Assembly (NCBI RefSeq): GCF_001194135.2
Contig: NC_068998.1
Coordinates: 21,669,313 to 21,733,312 of the forward strand
Length of the DNA: 64,000 bases
Source of the DNA: Octopus bimaculoides
Taxonomy: Eukaryota
Direction: 5' to 3'
Part shown: positions 39,025 to 53,449 of the stretch, in pieces
Layout: the number at the start of each line of letters is the position of its first letter
Position numbering within the stretch: position 1 is the first letter of the stretch
Position numbers and translations under genes: made by a program
Notes under the pieces: generated by a model
What the model was told of the DNA's origin: nothing
The model's input: the letters and a program-made list of their open reading frames with translations, nothing else
The model's database searches: none

Positions 39025-39879
39025 GCTGGTAATATTCACTTAGTGTGTTTCGAGGATACGGGTTGTCTGCATTATTAATTATGCAGGAAAGCATTAGCAG
39101 TGCTGTTTCTTAACTTGATTGACTGTAATTCGAGCAGGAAATGCATCTGTGCTATATGTTTTTAGAATAAATCAGCGTATGATGTTAACACTTTCCCAGT
39201 ATATTTGAATCGGAAAAAGAACAAAAACTTGCAAATTTCGCCGTAAATCTAGTTACTATGTAGCATGATAAGAAAACTATGTAAACTGCATGACTGTTTT
39301 AAAGAAAATATTTCTGTCTTTCAGATAAAGTAAAATGGTCCTCTGAGTTAGGAATGTATGAAATAAGAAATGTGATGGCCTTAGTTTAGTCAATATTTAC
39401 AGCGTCAATGAGGTCCAATGCATTCAAATAAGCACTGATGCATACGTTACAACATCGGATATTGATTTGTTTTTCATTGACAGTTTACGTTTCATGTTAA
39501 CTCGAGAGACACTTATAAATGTTTCTAGACATGGAATGAATGGGCAACATCTGAGTAATTTTCACTTGCCATACACCTTCTGAGATGTGTTTTCGCAAAC
39601 CAGATGTAATATAGGTTCTTAGAATACAAACAGATTATGTATGTGAAATCAATTTTTCTCTATTAACTGTAGTGCAAACGAAGACAAGTTCTATGTCACT
39701 ATCAAGATATTTTGAATTTGTTTTACGAGAAACAGTTATAGCTAAGCTAAATTTTGTAATATAATTATATCTAATAAGTTGACCAACAACTTTTTTTTCT
39801 TATTGTAGGTGACGGCTGTATCAGTACTTTGAACACACCCTGACAAACACTGCTTGTCATAGCTGAAGAATTCGGTCGG

Positions 39880-40545
39880 GACATCAAGATAATTTGGAAG
39901 CAAACTATACAGTAAATTTTTGGCAAAAATGCATGCTACAGAAAGGTATAGAATTGTGAAATTCTATACATGATCTAAACAATTTTCTGTGCTTGACTGG
40001 TCTAAGGCATTCAAGGACGACAAAGGAGAGGTGAGAGACGATGAGAGGTGTGAGAGGAAATGAGACGTCAGAACAACAGAGCTGGTTGAGAGAATTCTCA
40101 TCTTTTGAACGAAGACAGATGTGTGTCTATTTAAACAATATATATACAAGTTACAGTTAGGGTGATAGCTGCACACTGAATTGTTCATGAAAATTTGAAC
40201 ATCCACAAAATTTGTGTAACTTTGTTCTAGGGTTTTTGGTGACGAGCAGAAGGAAAGACACATTAGTGAGAACAGGTACCTCCAGTCCAAAAGTACTAAT
40301 GTTTCTGGTGACCTGTAACTAGAGCTGGAAATACAGCTATGGTCCAGAGACTTAGCGACAGATGCCCTGTGGGAACATGCTGGCTATCCCAGACCCAAGA
40401 AGATTAGGAAAGCAATTCCATCGGCAAGCTCATAATGTTCCCCTTTTCTCGACAGCATCGGTAGCGTCTATATTCTCTAGATTCCCTGCGGTCAATGAAG
40501 AGCATTTTGTGGAGATTGTGATGGTGCTCAGGAAGGGACATATAT
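39880..40545 (+). mobile_element. Mariner transposase remnant (N-terminal half to first catalytic Asp region)
   Basis: Frameshifted DNLE.NY..KF..KNA.E, DWSKAFKD..EVRDDER, RV.GDEQKERHI, VTCN*SWKYSY.PET, W.HAGYPRPKK, PF.DSIG. Confidence 0.8.
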
Positions 40546-40769
40546 GTATATGTATAAGAAAACAATATATATACTTACACCCATCCCCCCATATATATAC
40601 ATGTTTGTATAATTTGTATAAGCATGTATAAACGTATATATTTATGCACATGTACGTATGTTGCCTCGCACACATCTCTTTTTGTTGGTTGATTGCTCAT
40701 TCACCTGACTCACGTTCTCATGATAGCTGTTTGCCTACAGTAACGCTTATTACTGCTCTTATTAGCAGG

Positions 40770-41145
40770 GAAATATTTGACTACACGACGGCGCAGCGAG
40801 CGATTTTAGAATTGCTAATAAATGCTAAGTGCTGGCTCTACGACATCCAGTGAAAGGCACGAGTTTTGATGGGGATGACAATCTTCGACAAGAGCAGTAT
40901 TCATAAATGGAGGAAGAGGTTTAAAGAAGGGTAGAACAGCATTAAAGAGAAACCACACTATGTGAGACTGTAAGTTGAGACCATTAATGCAAATTTTCAG
41001 CGAGAGACAAGCTCGATTGATTGTCGCAGACATACGAATCAAAGTTTTTCTGCATGCTGCACGCCTGTTCAGTGGTTACAATGTATTACTGTCATCGTTG
41101 AAAGTGTGTTCAAAGTGCGTCCCTGAGTGGTTGACACTTGAGTTT
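40770..41145 (+). mobile_element. Second mariner N-terminal remnant (different subfamily)
   Basis: AQRAILELL..DIQ..GDDNL.KSSIHKWRKRFKEG*NSIKE.P..LKVCSKCVPEWLT (WVP motif). Confidence 0.7.
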
Positions 41146-42239
41146 GAGGATAAATATATGGAAGTTTACTCTGATCCGTTGGAATCATTTGAATTTTTTT
41201 TTTTTATTTGCTTCCAGGGGAAGAATATGAAACACGGTCAAAGAGGAATGAGGTGGAATACTTTTCATCAACAGTACCTCCAATCCGCACACACAGAAAC
41301 ACGAAAACATACACTCACACGCACAAACATACATGCATACACACTCGCGCATAGGCATAAATATATTTGTATATTTATATGTATGCATATACAGATGTGA
41401 ATATATATATATATATATATATANNNNNNNNNNNNNNNNNNNNNNNNNNNNNNNNNNNNNNNNNNNNNNNNNNNNNNNNNNNNNNNNNNNNNNNNNNNNN
41501 NNNNNNNNNNNNNNNNNNNNNNNNNNNNNNNNNNNNNNNNNNNNNNNNNNNNNNNNNNNNNNNNNNNNNNNNNNNNNNNNNNNNNNNNNNNNNNNNNNNN
41601 NNNNNNNNNNNNNNNNNNNNNNNNNNNNNNNNNNNNNNNNNNNNNNNNNNNNNNNNNNNNNNNNNNNNNNNNNNNNNNNNNNNNNNNNNNNNNNNNNNNN
41701 NNNNNNNNNNNNNNNNNNNNNNNNNNNNNNNNNNNNNNNNNNNNNNNNNNNNNNNNNNNNNNNNNNNNNNNNNNNNNNNNNNNNNNNNNNNNNNNNNNNN
41801 NNNNNNNNNNNNNNNNNNNNNNNNNNNNNNNNNNNNNNNNNNNNNNNNNNNNNNNNNNNNNNNNNNNNNNNNNNNNNNNNNNNNNNNNNNNNNNNNNNNN
41901 NNNNNNNNNNNNNNNNNNNNNNNNNNNNNNNNNNNNNNNNNNNNNNNNNNNNNNNNNNNNNNNNNNNNNNNNNNNNNNNNNNNNNNNNNNNNNNNNNNNN
42001 NNNNNNNNNNNNNNNNNNNNNNNNNNNNNNNNNNNNNNNNNNNNNNNNNNNNNNNNNNNNNNNNNNNNNNNNNNNNNNNNNNNNNNNNNNNNNNNNNNNN
42101 NNNNNNNNNNNNNNNNNNNNNNNNNNNNNNNNNNNNNNNNNNNNNNNNNNNNNNNNNNNNNNNNNNNNNNNNNNNNNNNNTATATATATATATACATACA
42201 TACATACATACATATATAAATATACAGAAAGCGTGAGAG

Positions 42240-43350
42240 AGAGAGAAGTGCTAATTAATTACCGGGAATTGTTAAAAAGAAAGGCTGACAAGAAAAAGAT
42301 TGTCAAAGAAGTGGATGCCTTATAACAGATCTTGGTGTAAGGAGAGAAAGTGGATGTAGTGAGAAAACAATTGAATAAAGCAAGAAGTGTAAATCCTGAA
42401 CATGGATAGCTGTGATATACACTGAAGTATACGGTAAAAAAGAATAAAAGTTAGTTTTGGTTCTTTAAAGCCGAAGGAAACCTTTCACAAACTTGAGAAC
42501 CTACGAAATGTATTATAATATGTTTGTATTCTAAAACTAAATATATGAGCACTGGAACAAAGCAAACGAATCGAGAATTATCCTCAGCTTGAATTACCTC
42601 AACACTTCTAGTCTATATGTGAAACTTAAAGATATTTCTTGAAGGCATTCTCTTAAGTTTAAACAACCTATTGAATTATTAAATTGATAGGGAGATGTGT
42701 GAAAGCATTATTCGAAGTAAAGATGTGAAGTTACTAAAATGATATGTATAAAAGGAAAAATAGCAAAAAGTGAGGTTAAGGAAAGTTTATGACATGGAAA
42801 ATCAATATTAAAACGAAATAAAACCAGCGTTAGTGTAAACGGAAATCCTTCAAAAGATATATCTTTGGATTAATGTTGTAAAACACTGAACGTAAAGTGT
42901 ATTATGCCGCACCGGATACAATAGGATCAGAGTTTTGAAAATCATATGGAATTTAAAAGGAATATTCAATATCCAACGCGACACAAAAGGGGTATGTTGG
43001 ATATTGGAAATATTTCTTGAGAAATCCTTAAAAAGAACCTTTAAGTAGGCGTATGCTTGTATCCAATATTAATAAACTACTGTAACAAATATTCCACGAA
43101 TACAGGACTTCCATACCATTGCACTTTTCAGAAATATTGGCTTTAATCTAAAATCATTACCCTCAATAGCGAAGCAGGGCGCTAATCCTTTATTTACATT
43201 TGTAAGAAAGATAAAGGTTAGAATAGTAATTTGCCAGAAGGTATTCAGGAGCAGCCTGCAATTCTATGTCCAATAAGTAAATAATGAAAGAAAGAGAATC
43301 GCAGAGTTAAAATAAATGAAATATTAAATGAAAGCCAGGAATAGGGATTT
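42240..43350 (+). mobile_element. Possible highly decayed L1/Tx1-like LINE
   Basis: Purine-rich strand; fragments such as NYRELLKRK..KEVDAL and KTSVSVNGNPS resemble L1/Tx1 ORF2. No clean catalytic motif seen. Confidence 0.3.
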
Positions 43351-44707
43351 ACGTTCATTATAGATAGATAATTATATAAATGTCCCCGGGTTCTTCTTTC
43401 AATCGTTTTGATCATTTGAAGTTAATCTATTTGAACACTTGATTATATTTTATAAAGTAATTATTCCATTTCATATTCTAAATTGATGCTTGTTGTGACA
43501 GCCTCCTCCAGCATTATTCATTCAATACGAAAACTCATTAACATTGCGTAATAATCTGAACAAATCGACAAATAAATCTCAACTGGCATTTAATAAGTAT
43601 TTAGATATAAGCTTGTATGTATATTTATCGAAAAACTGCTCGCAGGCCCGACCAGAAAAAGCAGCTACAGCTAAGGTAAACCACAATGGACTGTCATAAC
43701 TAAAGAAACAGGGTTATAGATCCAACTTAAATATCACAATCAGAGTATTCGGTGATTTTCCGCAGTCCTTTGCTAAAAGTATTCGAACCAGGCCTTAGGA
43801 TAATTCGTGAGTCATAATATCTCCATTAATAGACTTTGAGAAAATGCTGCGACTGCTCTTCTTACTATGACAAAGTCACAGATGCAACAGATGCAATGCA
43901 ACAGATGCAATGCCAAAGATCCAACATACACATTGGATAATATAAATCTTGATGTTAAGGAAATAATATAACTTACTAAAATAGAGTACATGTAACTATA
44001 ATTTCACTCAAATAATCTAGGGCTAAACAAATAGCAATTTGAATTTATATATGGGTTCTCCTTTGGTTTGGGCAGCAACGAGGAGAATATAAGAGAAGAA
44101 CTTCATTGAATACAAGACAAACAAAACGTGAAGGATTACCTACAAAGTTGAAGTTATGGAATTTCAGTCACGCTCTTCAATTCGAGGGCAAATGCAGAAA
44201 TTTCAAAATGCTGTATTAAAAATATATCTTTTTAACTATTTAAAATTTAAACTCGTAATATACTGCACAGAGGAAAGAAATCAAAATAAATCATGCAATT
44301 TAGCTGGTTTTCAGTTTATGTTCAATTGAAGTTTGCTATCATTTCGCAACAGTCATACCATTACAATGCTAGGAAAATATCTGATGCCGAATGGGAGATG
44401 CTTACACATATGATGATAAATGTGCTTAAGCATTAAGCAGTAGATATGAATCCCGTCTCAGAGTTCACGGGTTATTCTTTTGTTTCTAACATATGTTTCT
44501 ATATTTTGTGAACAGATTTAGACTGCTAAGTACGTTTCAATATAGTATTATCACATGAAAATTAAACCAAATTTTACTGAGTTGAATTGTAAACTTTACA
44601 GTATGAAACTGCCTTGATTGTCTCATTTTGTAAAATATCACGTTGCGTCTCAACACTAAAAGTATCTATAAACTAGATTCTGTAGAATTGATTTTGTAGA
44701 ATGGAAG

Positions 44708-44751
<44 letters not shown>

Positions 44752-45449
44752 ACTTACATGTAGTGTAATATATGAATTCAAAGAATCATATCGTTCTCAT
44801 GGAGAACTTCTCCAGTGAACACCTCCGTCTGACCATATACGGAAGGTTATAATTCAGAGTTCTATGCAGCTGAAACCCAGAAGATCCGACCGATGGTATT
44901 ATTTCACGTGTGGTGTATAAACCATACAAAGCATTAAAAAAAAATCAGAGTCATGAAAAGTGAAGATATTTATGTACCCACTTGTAATCCTAAGGATTAA
45001 GGTCGTTTTGCAACCTTCGTGATGTAATAATAATTTCACTGTATGATAAATTATTTCTCATGTCTGCAATAATATGCACACTAGACGTTATACAATATTA
45101 TTGTATATTTCCAAACCAGTGCAGATGAAAAAAGTTAGCTCATCAGAATGCTAGATCATGGTTACACCAACGCTATAAATCTAAGAATACATATAAAATT
45201 TACTCTTTATCTAAAAAATATATGTGAAGAGTAAATTTATGATATGATGCTGTAGCATCCTTTATCTGCAATGATTTATAAATACACAATTGTACTGTAT
45301 AGTGCATAGCATGCCTGTTATCGCCGACATGTAAACTAATTTATTACTAACTGAAATTATTATTAGATGATGAAAGGGTGTGAAATCCATAGAATTGTGG
45401 GTTGTCGAATAAATATACATTCTTTCGTACCTCCCGGCTNNNNNNNNNN

Positions 45450-45513
<64 letters not shown>

Positions 45514-46579
45514 GTATATGATAAGGAGTAAATATTAAAAGCGAATATCCATATGGATATTATAATAAAATCTTCATTCCATCATCTTCCCAGAATTAGA
45601 AATGAAAGGCTCTATATTTGTGTGCATTTCGGTGATAATTATGATCTCATTATCCACCTATTCAATCTTTGCGTAATATGAAATCAAAGCTTAAACGTCC
45701 ACCATTGTTTTTAGTCTCCAATCGCTTGAACACTAGGATAAACTAAACAAGAGGTTGTTTCTGTTATGAGAATGGGTTGCATATAAGTAAAACATAATGA
45801 GAATAATTTTAGTATTTTTATTTATTTCATACTAAGATATAATACAATTTGAAGTGATTTTTATAGGTATTCCAATATCATAGTAAGCCAAATGTTGTAA
45901 ACCTGTTGTGATAAAAGAAATGTTCACATTGAGATAATTTTACCGAAATATTGTATTAGCTAAACAAAAGTTGTAAAACACGACCAACTGTCTGGCACTA
46001 AGTGATGAATGTCATTAAAATATTTTAAATATTTACACTCGAATTTATAATTTATGATCTCAGCCAAGTATAGTGAGAAGCGTAATTTTAGTAATATTCT
46101 GTTAGGAAATAAAATAAGAAATAGTGTAAAAGCATATAACCTATTTCTAATCTATCTCTATAACGTATTTTTAATGGACACTTGCAAATATATCTACTTA
46201 TTCTCTTGCAAACATACAACGGAAAAGTCAGTTGTAATTGCAAATTATTTCTGACACCGTTATAATATCATATATTTTAAAGAGATGAAGTTCATAGATT
46301 TTATTATCTTTGTGCATCACAGTTATGTTTTTTTAATGTCTCCACTGGGATAAAAGCCCGGAAGTTTCAATAATGATACCTTAGTTTGATACGAGCCCAG
46401 ATGTTTACAAAAGAAAAATACCATAAAGTAAATGTAGGTATTTAGCAAACTGAATGAAATTAGTTTCAAAACAGCATTGAAAGTTATCTGAAGCAAACTT
46501 GTGTTAGCTAATTCCGATTAAGTGTTTGAAGACATAAATGACACTTCACTCACAGGTTATGAGCCATAGTTCCTTTATT

Positions 46580-46812
46580 TGGGTAAATAGAGGCGTAATA
46601 GTTGGAAATAATTATTGGCATGAATCATGTTTTCTTTTATTAAGGAGACTACTGAAATAGTCAATAACCTCGTAAGGGTGTGTACTTATCTATGGTATTT
46701 TCGATTATCGTGCCTAGGTTCGTCTTAGAGGGTATATGAATCTAATTGTAGGGTTAGTGCTAATGTTTCGTTTATGGTCCTTTAGATTAATCCTACGGCA
46801 TTTAGGCTCGTG
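46580..46812 (+). repeat. ~230-bp unclassified repeat, copy 1
   Basis: Direct repeat of 49542-49773, starting tgggtaaatagaggcgtaatagtt and ending agattaatcctacgg..tttag.ctcgt; roughly 80% identical by eye. Confidence 0.92.
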
Positions 46813-49541
46813 TAGAAGTGTGATTTTGAAATCAATGCTCTACCATACAGAATGAGATGTCTGATGTCTTCAGGTACTGCAAGAGCGTATATGAAATTTA
46901 TATAATACAAAGCTGCATTTCTAACCAGTGTTACGCAATAACACTACTATAGTACAAATTTTGGAGTAAAGCTTTTCATATGGATTAAATATCAAAGAAT
47001 CTTTGGGCCATATTCTTTCACCCTGTTTTCCAAAATTGTATTTTTGGGGCAGAATACTTCATTTTCAATCATACGTTTAACATGGTTGAGAAAGGAAGGT
47101 ACCTTGGTAAAAGGTATCGAGAAATAAATAGTCTGCCGAAGTGAAATAACTGTTCTCGAATTTGGATAAGTAATAATCACATGTTCTTCTATTCTCTTGT
47201 TATATTATTGGCCACAGCTAGAGGTTGTGACCATAATTTTCTGTTTGTTTTTCTTTTCAAATTCAGATAAAGAACATCAACTTACATTATTTGTGTGTTT
47301 TATTATTTGAAGTTTTCGAAAGAAGATACGCAGTAAACATATATGGTCCGGTATATTAAACTGTCTGCCGTTACGCCACGTTCGCAGCAGCACGTTTTCG
47401 GAAATAGTCCATTGTTTTTAAATCCTAAATCCCCATTTAAGAGCCATGAGCAATTTTCTAAATCTTGCTACTGCTAAAGTGGGACCACACCAGGAAGGAC
47501 AATATAGTGAAGAATGTATGTTTACTAAACGATACCACCCTTAGAAAAATATTTTTGCACTGTGACATATCACATATTTTACTTGTCAGAGACAGGCAAT
47601 AAATATATATTGACTTATAGAAGTGTCTACCTAAAATAGAGTAAAAATATATTTGTACCCCCATATATATTACTCAAGCAATAGATGTATTCTTGTATTC
47701 ATCTCACAAGAGTCTATATTTCAATGTGTTGGTTATGATGCAAGGTACTTTCGACTGTTCAAGTTGATGAAGCTATTTAAGTCAAAAGTAAGAGCGGAAT
47801 TTCCTTGCGATCATTTCACCTTTCTATTTGATTTAGAATTTACAAACTCAGAGTGAGTGCAAATAAAAACTACGAATCAGTGACCCACGTTGCTCTATGG
47901 GACATCAATTGATTCACTTACACCAGGAATAACTTTGAAATACTTGACTTCACGCGTGATATATTTGAATACACATGTGATACCCAAATATCTGGTGACT
48001 TGCTAAAGCTTCAGTTTCAGACCACGTCACAACGCTACGAATGTTGGGGTGGGTCCAGTTGCCCCTACTTCTTTTGTGATATTACGTATATTATCTGTAC
48101 TACACAAATACGGCTAAAGCAGTTCCTTGCAGTGCTCGAACTCAGATCATACCTGAATTTAACTGTTTCCCAATGCTGTCCATTTTGTGTTGTAAATAAT
48201 GGCATTTTGCAATAAATATTTTATCGCAATTATATGAATTTATGTAGGCTCTTTAGTTTTTTCTTATTTATTCCTAGGTTTGAAACGTTAATATGATGTG
48301 TCCTGATGATTGTTTACCTCCATAATGCTATTTAAAAAATACAGACAAAAATAATCAACTGGGAATGAGATTCAAAAGAAAACAAATATAATTTTATTCT
48401 AGAAATTCGTAAAAGTGATCTCGAATTGATAATTAAAATTTCATTTATCATTTATGTTAAAATTGCTAATTATCTCAATGCTTATTTGAATGCATAATTA
48501 ACAATAACACTCCAAAGCAAATTTTCTAATTATATAATGTTAATAAGAAACAATAAAAAACAAAATCAAAACAGTAACGTTAACATCAACATCAACCCAG
48601 CTATTAACAAAATCACGAAAATTCAATCTCTGTCTATATGGAAAAGAATATTAGCAGCAATAGCAACATTAATAACATCAGAGCACTACCTTATCATTAC
48701 CAACAACAATAACAGCGTGAACAAGAATTAAAGCAATTATAGTCAAAATGACATTTGAAATTTCTTTAAAATTATATTTGAATATTTTTTTCCTTTCATC
48801 TCTGACTTGCTACTGCGATATAATAAATCAATGTATTGATTTTCAAACACGTCAAAATGATTTTTTGTGTATTGTTTTCCAAGCCGAAGGTGGGAATGCT
48901 GTTTATCTCCTATATACAATTTGTGTTAGTATGCTACACAATAACAACTGACACAAACCTTGCAATTCATTAGATGACTGAGCAGACGAAGGAATCGAAA
49001 TAAAGAAAAACGCTCCATATGTGTTTTATTGAAACTGATGGAATGAAAAGAAAAGTAACCTTCCAATGTAGAAGAATTCTTTACATAGAAGGGCGAGTCT
49101 TTTTGCCCTTAAGGACATAAGCAATTGATGACTTTGCTTTTTTAAGCATCTTTAGTGTCACTAATGCAGCCTTGTTAGCAGATTTATGTTCCTCCTATAT
49201 TGATATCAAGAGTCCTATGTGCTTAAAAATAATTTTCAAAAAGATTCTGCAATTACCAATCTTTAGGTTTGCTGGATTGTTCAAGATGAAAATTACATCA
49301 TTCCTATATAGACCCCCGCCTATTTCAGGGAATTCATTGTTGAAGCTAAATAATCTATAAATTGTTACTAAGTCCTAACTCGATTTCATAGTTATATCAA
49401 ACATCTCAGGTCTATCCTATCTAAAACAGTGCTTTCCCTCGAATGTGATCATTGATTTCTAGCCGCTAAAATAAAGTCTAACTTTTCTGTAGTTCATACT
49501 GAAATTTTCATAGCAAAAATGGGTGTCTTATTTCGGAGGAC

Positions 49542-49773
49542 TGGGTAAATAGAGGCGTAATAGTTTGAACTAATTATTTGCATGAATCATATTTTATTTT
49601 ATTTGGGAGATTACTGAAACAGTCAATAACGTCGTAAGAGTATGTACTAATCTATGGTACGTTCGATTATCCCGCCTAGGTCCATTTTAGAGAGTATATG
49701 AGTCTAATTGTAAGGTTAGTGGTAATGTTTGGTTTATGGTGCTTAAGATTAATCCTACGGGTTTTAGTCTCGT
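49542..49773 (+). repeat. ~230-bp unclassified repeat, copy 2
   Basis: See copy 1; the flanks of the two copies are unrelated. Confidence 0.92.
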
Positions 49774-50379
49774 AGAGTTCTGTTCTATCATCTACTCTAT
49801 ATATTTCTTTTATAGATTTGGCTTGCACGTTAATAATTGATGTAAATCAATTGTTGTTCGTCAATATTTCTCCATTTTCTGTTTTCTTTAAATTTAGATT
49901 CATGATAATCTCAGGCTTATCCTTGTCGTTATCTATAATTTATGAGCATAGTATGCTTGCATATGTATGCCCATGGTTAAACATAGGTAATATACCGCTA
50001 GTATAATGGATATTCCTATTCCTTAGACGGTTATTTTATCTAACTCAGCTAATTTCCATATGTATATATATATATATATATNNNNNNNNNNNNNNNNNNN
50101 NNNNNNNNNNNNNNNNNNNNNNNNNNNNNNNNNNNNNNNNNNNNNNNNNNNNNNNNNNNNNNNNNNNNNNNNNNNNNNNNNNNNNNNNNNNNNNNNNNNN
50201 NNNNNNNNNNNNNNNNNNNNNNNNNNNNNNNNNNNNNNNNNNNNNNNNNNNNNNNNNNNNNNNNNNNNNNNNNNNNNNNNNNNNNNNNNNNNNNNNNNNN
50301 NNNNNNNNNNNNNNNNNNNNNNNNNNNNNNNNNNNNNNNNNNNNNNNNNNNNNNNNNNNNNNNNNNNNNNNNNNNNNNN

Positions 50380-50417
<38 letters not shown>

Positions 50418-51155
50418 CGTATTATTATGTATCTACGAACATATATGTATGTATGTATGTATGTATATATGAATATCTATAGTATTTGAAAATGGATTTG
50501 GCATATAATTTTGAGGTTAAGCTCGGTAATTGGGTTCAATAAGCTATTTGGCCTATTCAGAACAATTTGGACTTTGCTTACTAATAGTATTTATATGCTA
50601 CCCAGATTCAATTTTCATTAGAGTTTGCCGAAGCAGAGCAAAATGAACCGAGTAGTTTAAAATGAAGTATTGTAGAGAATATCATGAAAGCTCCTGACAG
50701 AAAGCTGATATCGTCATGATCATTATCGACATCATTGAAAAATAATACGTTATAAGCATATATTGAATTTGTCATTTCACATGTTCATTAGATTTTGTCG
50801 CTGCGTGATACAAGTTTACCAATATTGGCTACCGAGCAACATTTTGTTTAATGTCAAACCCAAAACACAAGGCTTTCATTCCCAGCAGAATATTACAAAC
50901 GACTTTTACTTGGCATCCACTATAAAATTTTACAAGATATCGCTAACATTGCCAGTAACTATTTATCACTTTCAAATGTATTATTTGGTTAATGTGACAT
51001 GCATGTCCGTCCTGTCACCTTTATATAACTCAACGAATTGACAATGTTGTTAGAATTTAGAGAGAAAGCCTTGCCGTATTGAATCCGGTATTCTGCGTTT
51101 TGATTTCAATTGCTGCCAACGTCGACTTTCAGATGCATTATGTATATAATATATA

Positions 51156-51208
<53 letters not shown>

Positions 51209-51727
51209 CTGTATATGTATATACGTGTGAGTAATTATATCGGGATGGGTTGAAAGCAAGCGTTTCAAATGAAAATCACGAGTGATTTTTTCATCGGTTT
51301 CTTTTTTTTTTTTTAGTTAATAAGGCAAAGTTAATTCACATTTAGTTCTTCTATTTTCATCATGGTATGTCGGGAGTAAAACGTACTCAAATTCTTTTTA
51401 AAAATCACTTATACATCTCAATATTTTCCTGTATATCTGTCTTCGTCTATTTTCTCTATCTCTTATTCCCCTCTGCGCGTGCGTGTACGTGTGTGTGTGT
51501 GTGTGTGTGTGTGCGTATCTGTGTGTGCCCGCGCATATGTGCGTACTGTATGTTCCTCTTTATTTCTCGAATTAGTGTAAGATTTTTCCGAATACTTATA
51601 TTTACAATTCTGTAAATAAATTATGAAGACAGTACGATTGTATAGAATTTGATCATAACCACAGAGCATCTTATAAATATTTTCTGATTAATTGAAAGAA
51701 ACTACGTATGTTACACGAAATAATATA

Positions 51728-51955
51728 TGTAGGTCGTCTGAAAAGTCCATAGGCTGACGAACATAGTCTCATGAAATGTAACAAAATAAAGTCTATTTTT
51801 AAACATACTTCCTCTTGCGGTTCACACACTTCTGCCACGGTGGTGCAGTACTTGGATTGCATTAGTGAAGTAACTTTCATCTTCTTGGTCAAAAAAGTCA
51901 CCAACTGCAGATATGGCGTCATCATGATTGCGACACTGATTTCCAAACCCACACG
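51728..51955 (-). mobile_element. Mariner 3' end fragment with TIR, related to 11005-12205
   Basis: GNQCRNHDDAISAVGDFFDQEDESYFTNAIQVLHHR; TIR-like ta|tgtaggtcgtctgaaaagtccataggctgac matches the 11005 terminus. Confidence 0.88.
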
Positions 51956-52519
51956 CGTATAGATAATATACTAATGCACTAGAGTTTTCCCCTGCAGCAG
52001 GTGACACAAAAAAAAAAAGAAGGTCAGTAGAAATTGTTTGTTTATATTTAAGCTCCGACCAAAACCTGAAAAACTAAGATTAATCAAGAAAATTCTGTGA
52101 GGCTGAAGTTCGGCATCTGGACAAAACAAAACTCCCTACTGCGCACTTGGATTGCATGAACATGCCTTTCTAAATGCCAAGATTTAGGTCCACTGATTAT
52201 TAGTGGTATTTTTTCTTGTCGCTGCCTCGTTCTACTGTACATTGTTGCACTGAAATCAGCTGCCAGTAGAACACCTCTCAAGTATTAGTGGCCGACTCTA
52301 TCGAAAGCAATCCCTTCATCTAAATTGACCAAGGCCACACATATAAGAGATCTGTTGTGCCTTCACTACTCTGTCAGTAGAAATTTTGTTGCACCGACTC
52401 TACCGTCAACAGATCCAAATCTAAAGGCACATTTTTTACCACTGCTCATGCCAGTATTACATAACCAAGTCATGCAGCGAACAGAGAATATTGGAAGTGT
52501 AGAACGCTAGCTCTGAATG

Positions 52520-52655
52520 ACAGATGGGTACCTGAAACAAGAAACCGAAACACTAATTATAACCACTTAGCAACGAATTTGATGGATGAAACTCAGGGTG
52601 ATGTTTATACCACTCAGCAGGCGTGTTGATTTGTAGTTTTATTATTATTATTATA

Positions 52656-52731
<76 letters not shown>

Positions 52732-52761
52732 TCATTATCATTATCATCATCATCATCATCA

Positions 52762-52820
<59 letters not shown>

Positions 52821-52900
52821 TTCGATAATAATATTTTCATTATCATCTTTCAATTCTGTTTCCATTTCTTGTCTTCCTGACACCCTAGGACGGAGAAACT
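52520..52900 (-). mobile_element. R4/Dong-type fragments flanking an (ATT)n/(ATC)n array (52641-52820)
   Basis: Minus-strand TPAEWYKHHPE starts immediately after the array; a plus-strand GYLKQETETLII piece lies at 52523-52575; a probable element 3' end lies at 52850-52900. Confidence 0.55.
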
Positions 52901-52958
52901 TACTGTATACAGTGCATGCCATCAGTAGTAGTAATTGCAGCAACAGAAGTAGCCACAA

Positions 52959-52959
<1 letters not shown>

Positions 52960-53045
<86 letters not shown>

Positions 53046-53046
53046 C
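52960..53046. repeat. (AGT)n microsatellite
   Basis: Direct reading. Confidence 0.97.
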
Positions 53047-53449
53047 TACTGTAGTCGTATGAACCAAAAACATAGCAAGCGTGATTACGAAATTTAGCTG
53101 ATAACGGCTTGTCAAACATTTTGATAAACAGTTGAACAGCTTCACAAGTCGTTTTCGGCAAATCTTTTGCGTCACAGACATTACGTATTTTTGTCTAATT
53201 AATCATCTACAGAGTCTACTTTGAAATTAGGTGACTCCTTTTACTTAATGAATTCTCTCTACTTTTTGTTTTGTTTTTAAAGCGCTGGCACCAACGCTCT
53301 TTCTCCCCACCCCTCGCTGTTTGTATGTATATATATACATATATTTGTATGTGCGTTTGTATTTGAGAGTGTGTGTGTGTGTTCGTGTGTGTGTGTGTGT
53401 GCTTGTGATCATCCTAATCAACACTATAACACTGGCTAGAATGCACTAT

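Noticed and set aside
39800-39905. Apparent exon with a strong plus-strand acceptor, or an open minus frame (PNYLDVPTEFFSYDKQC..)
   Set aside because: Falls in the 5' leader and start of the mariner remnant at 39880-40545; plus frames have stops.
47923-48150. Minus-strand exon candidate ending at a GTAAGT donor (QVTRYLGITCVFKYITREVKYFKVIPG)
   Set aside because: The acceptor is weak, the frame is ambiguous and upstream frames are closed.
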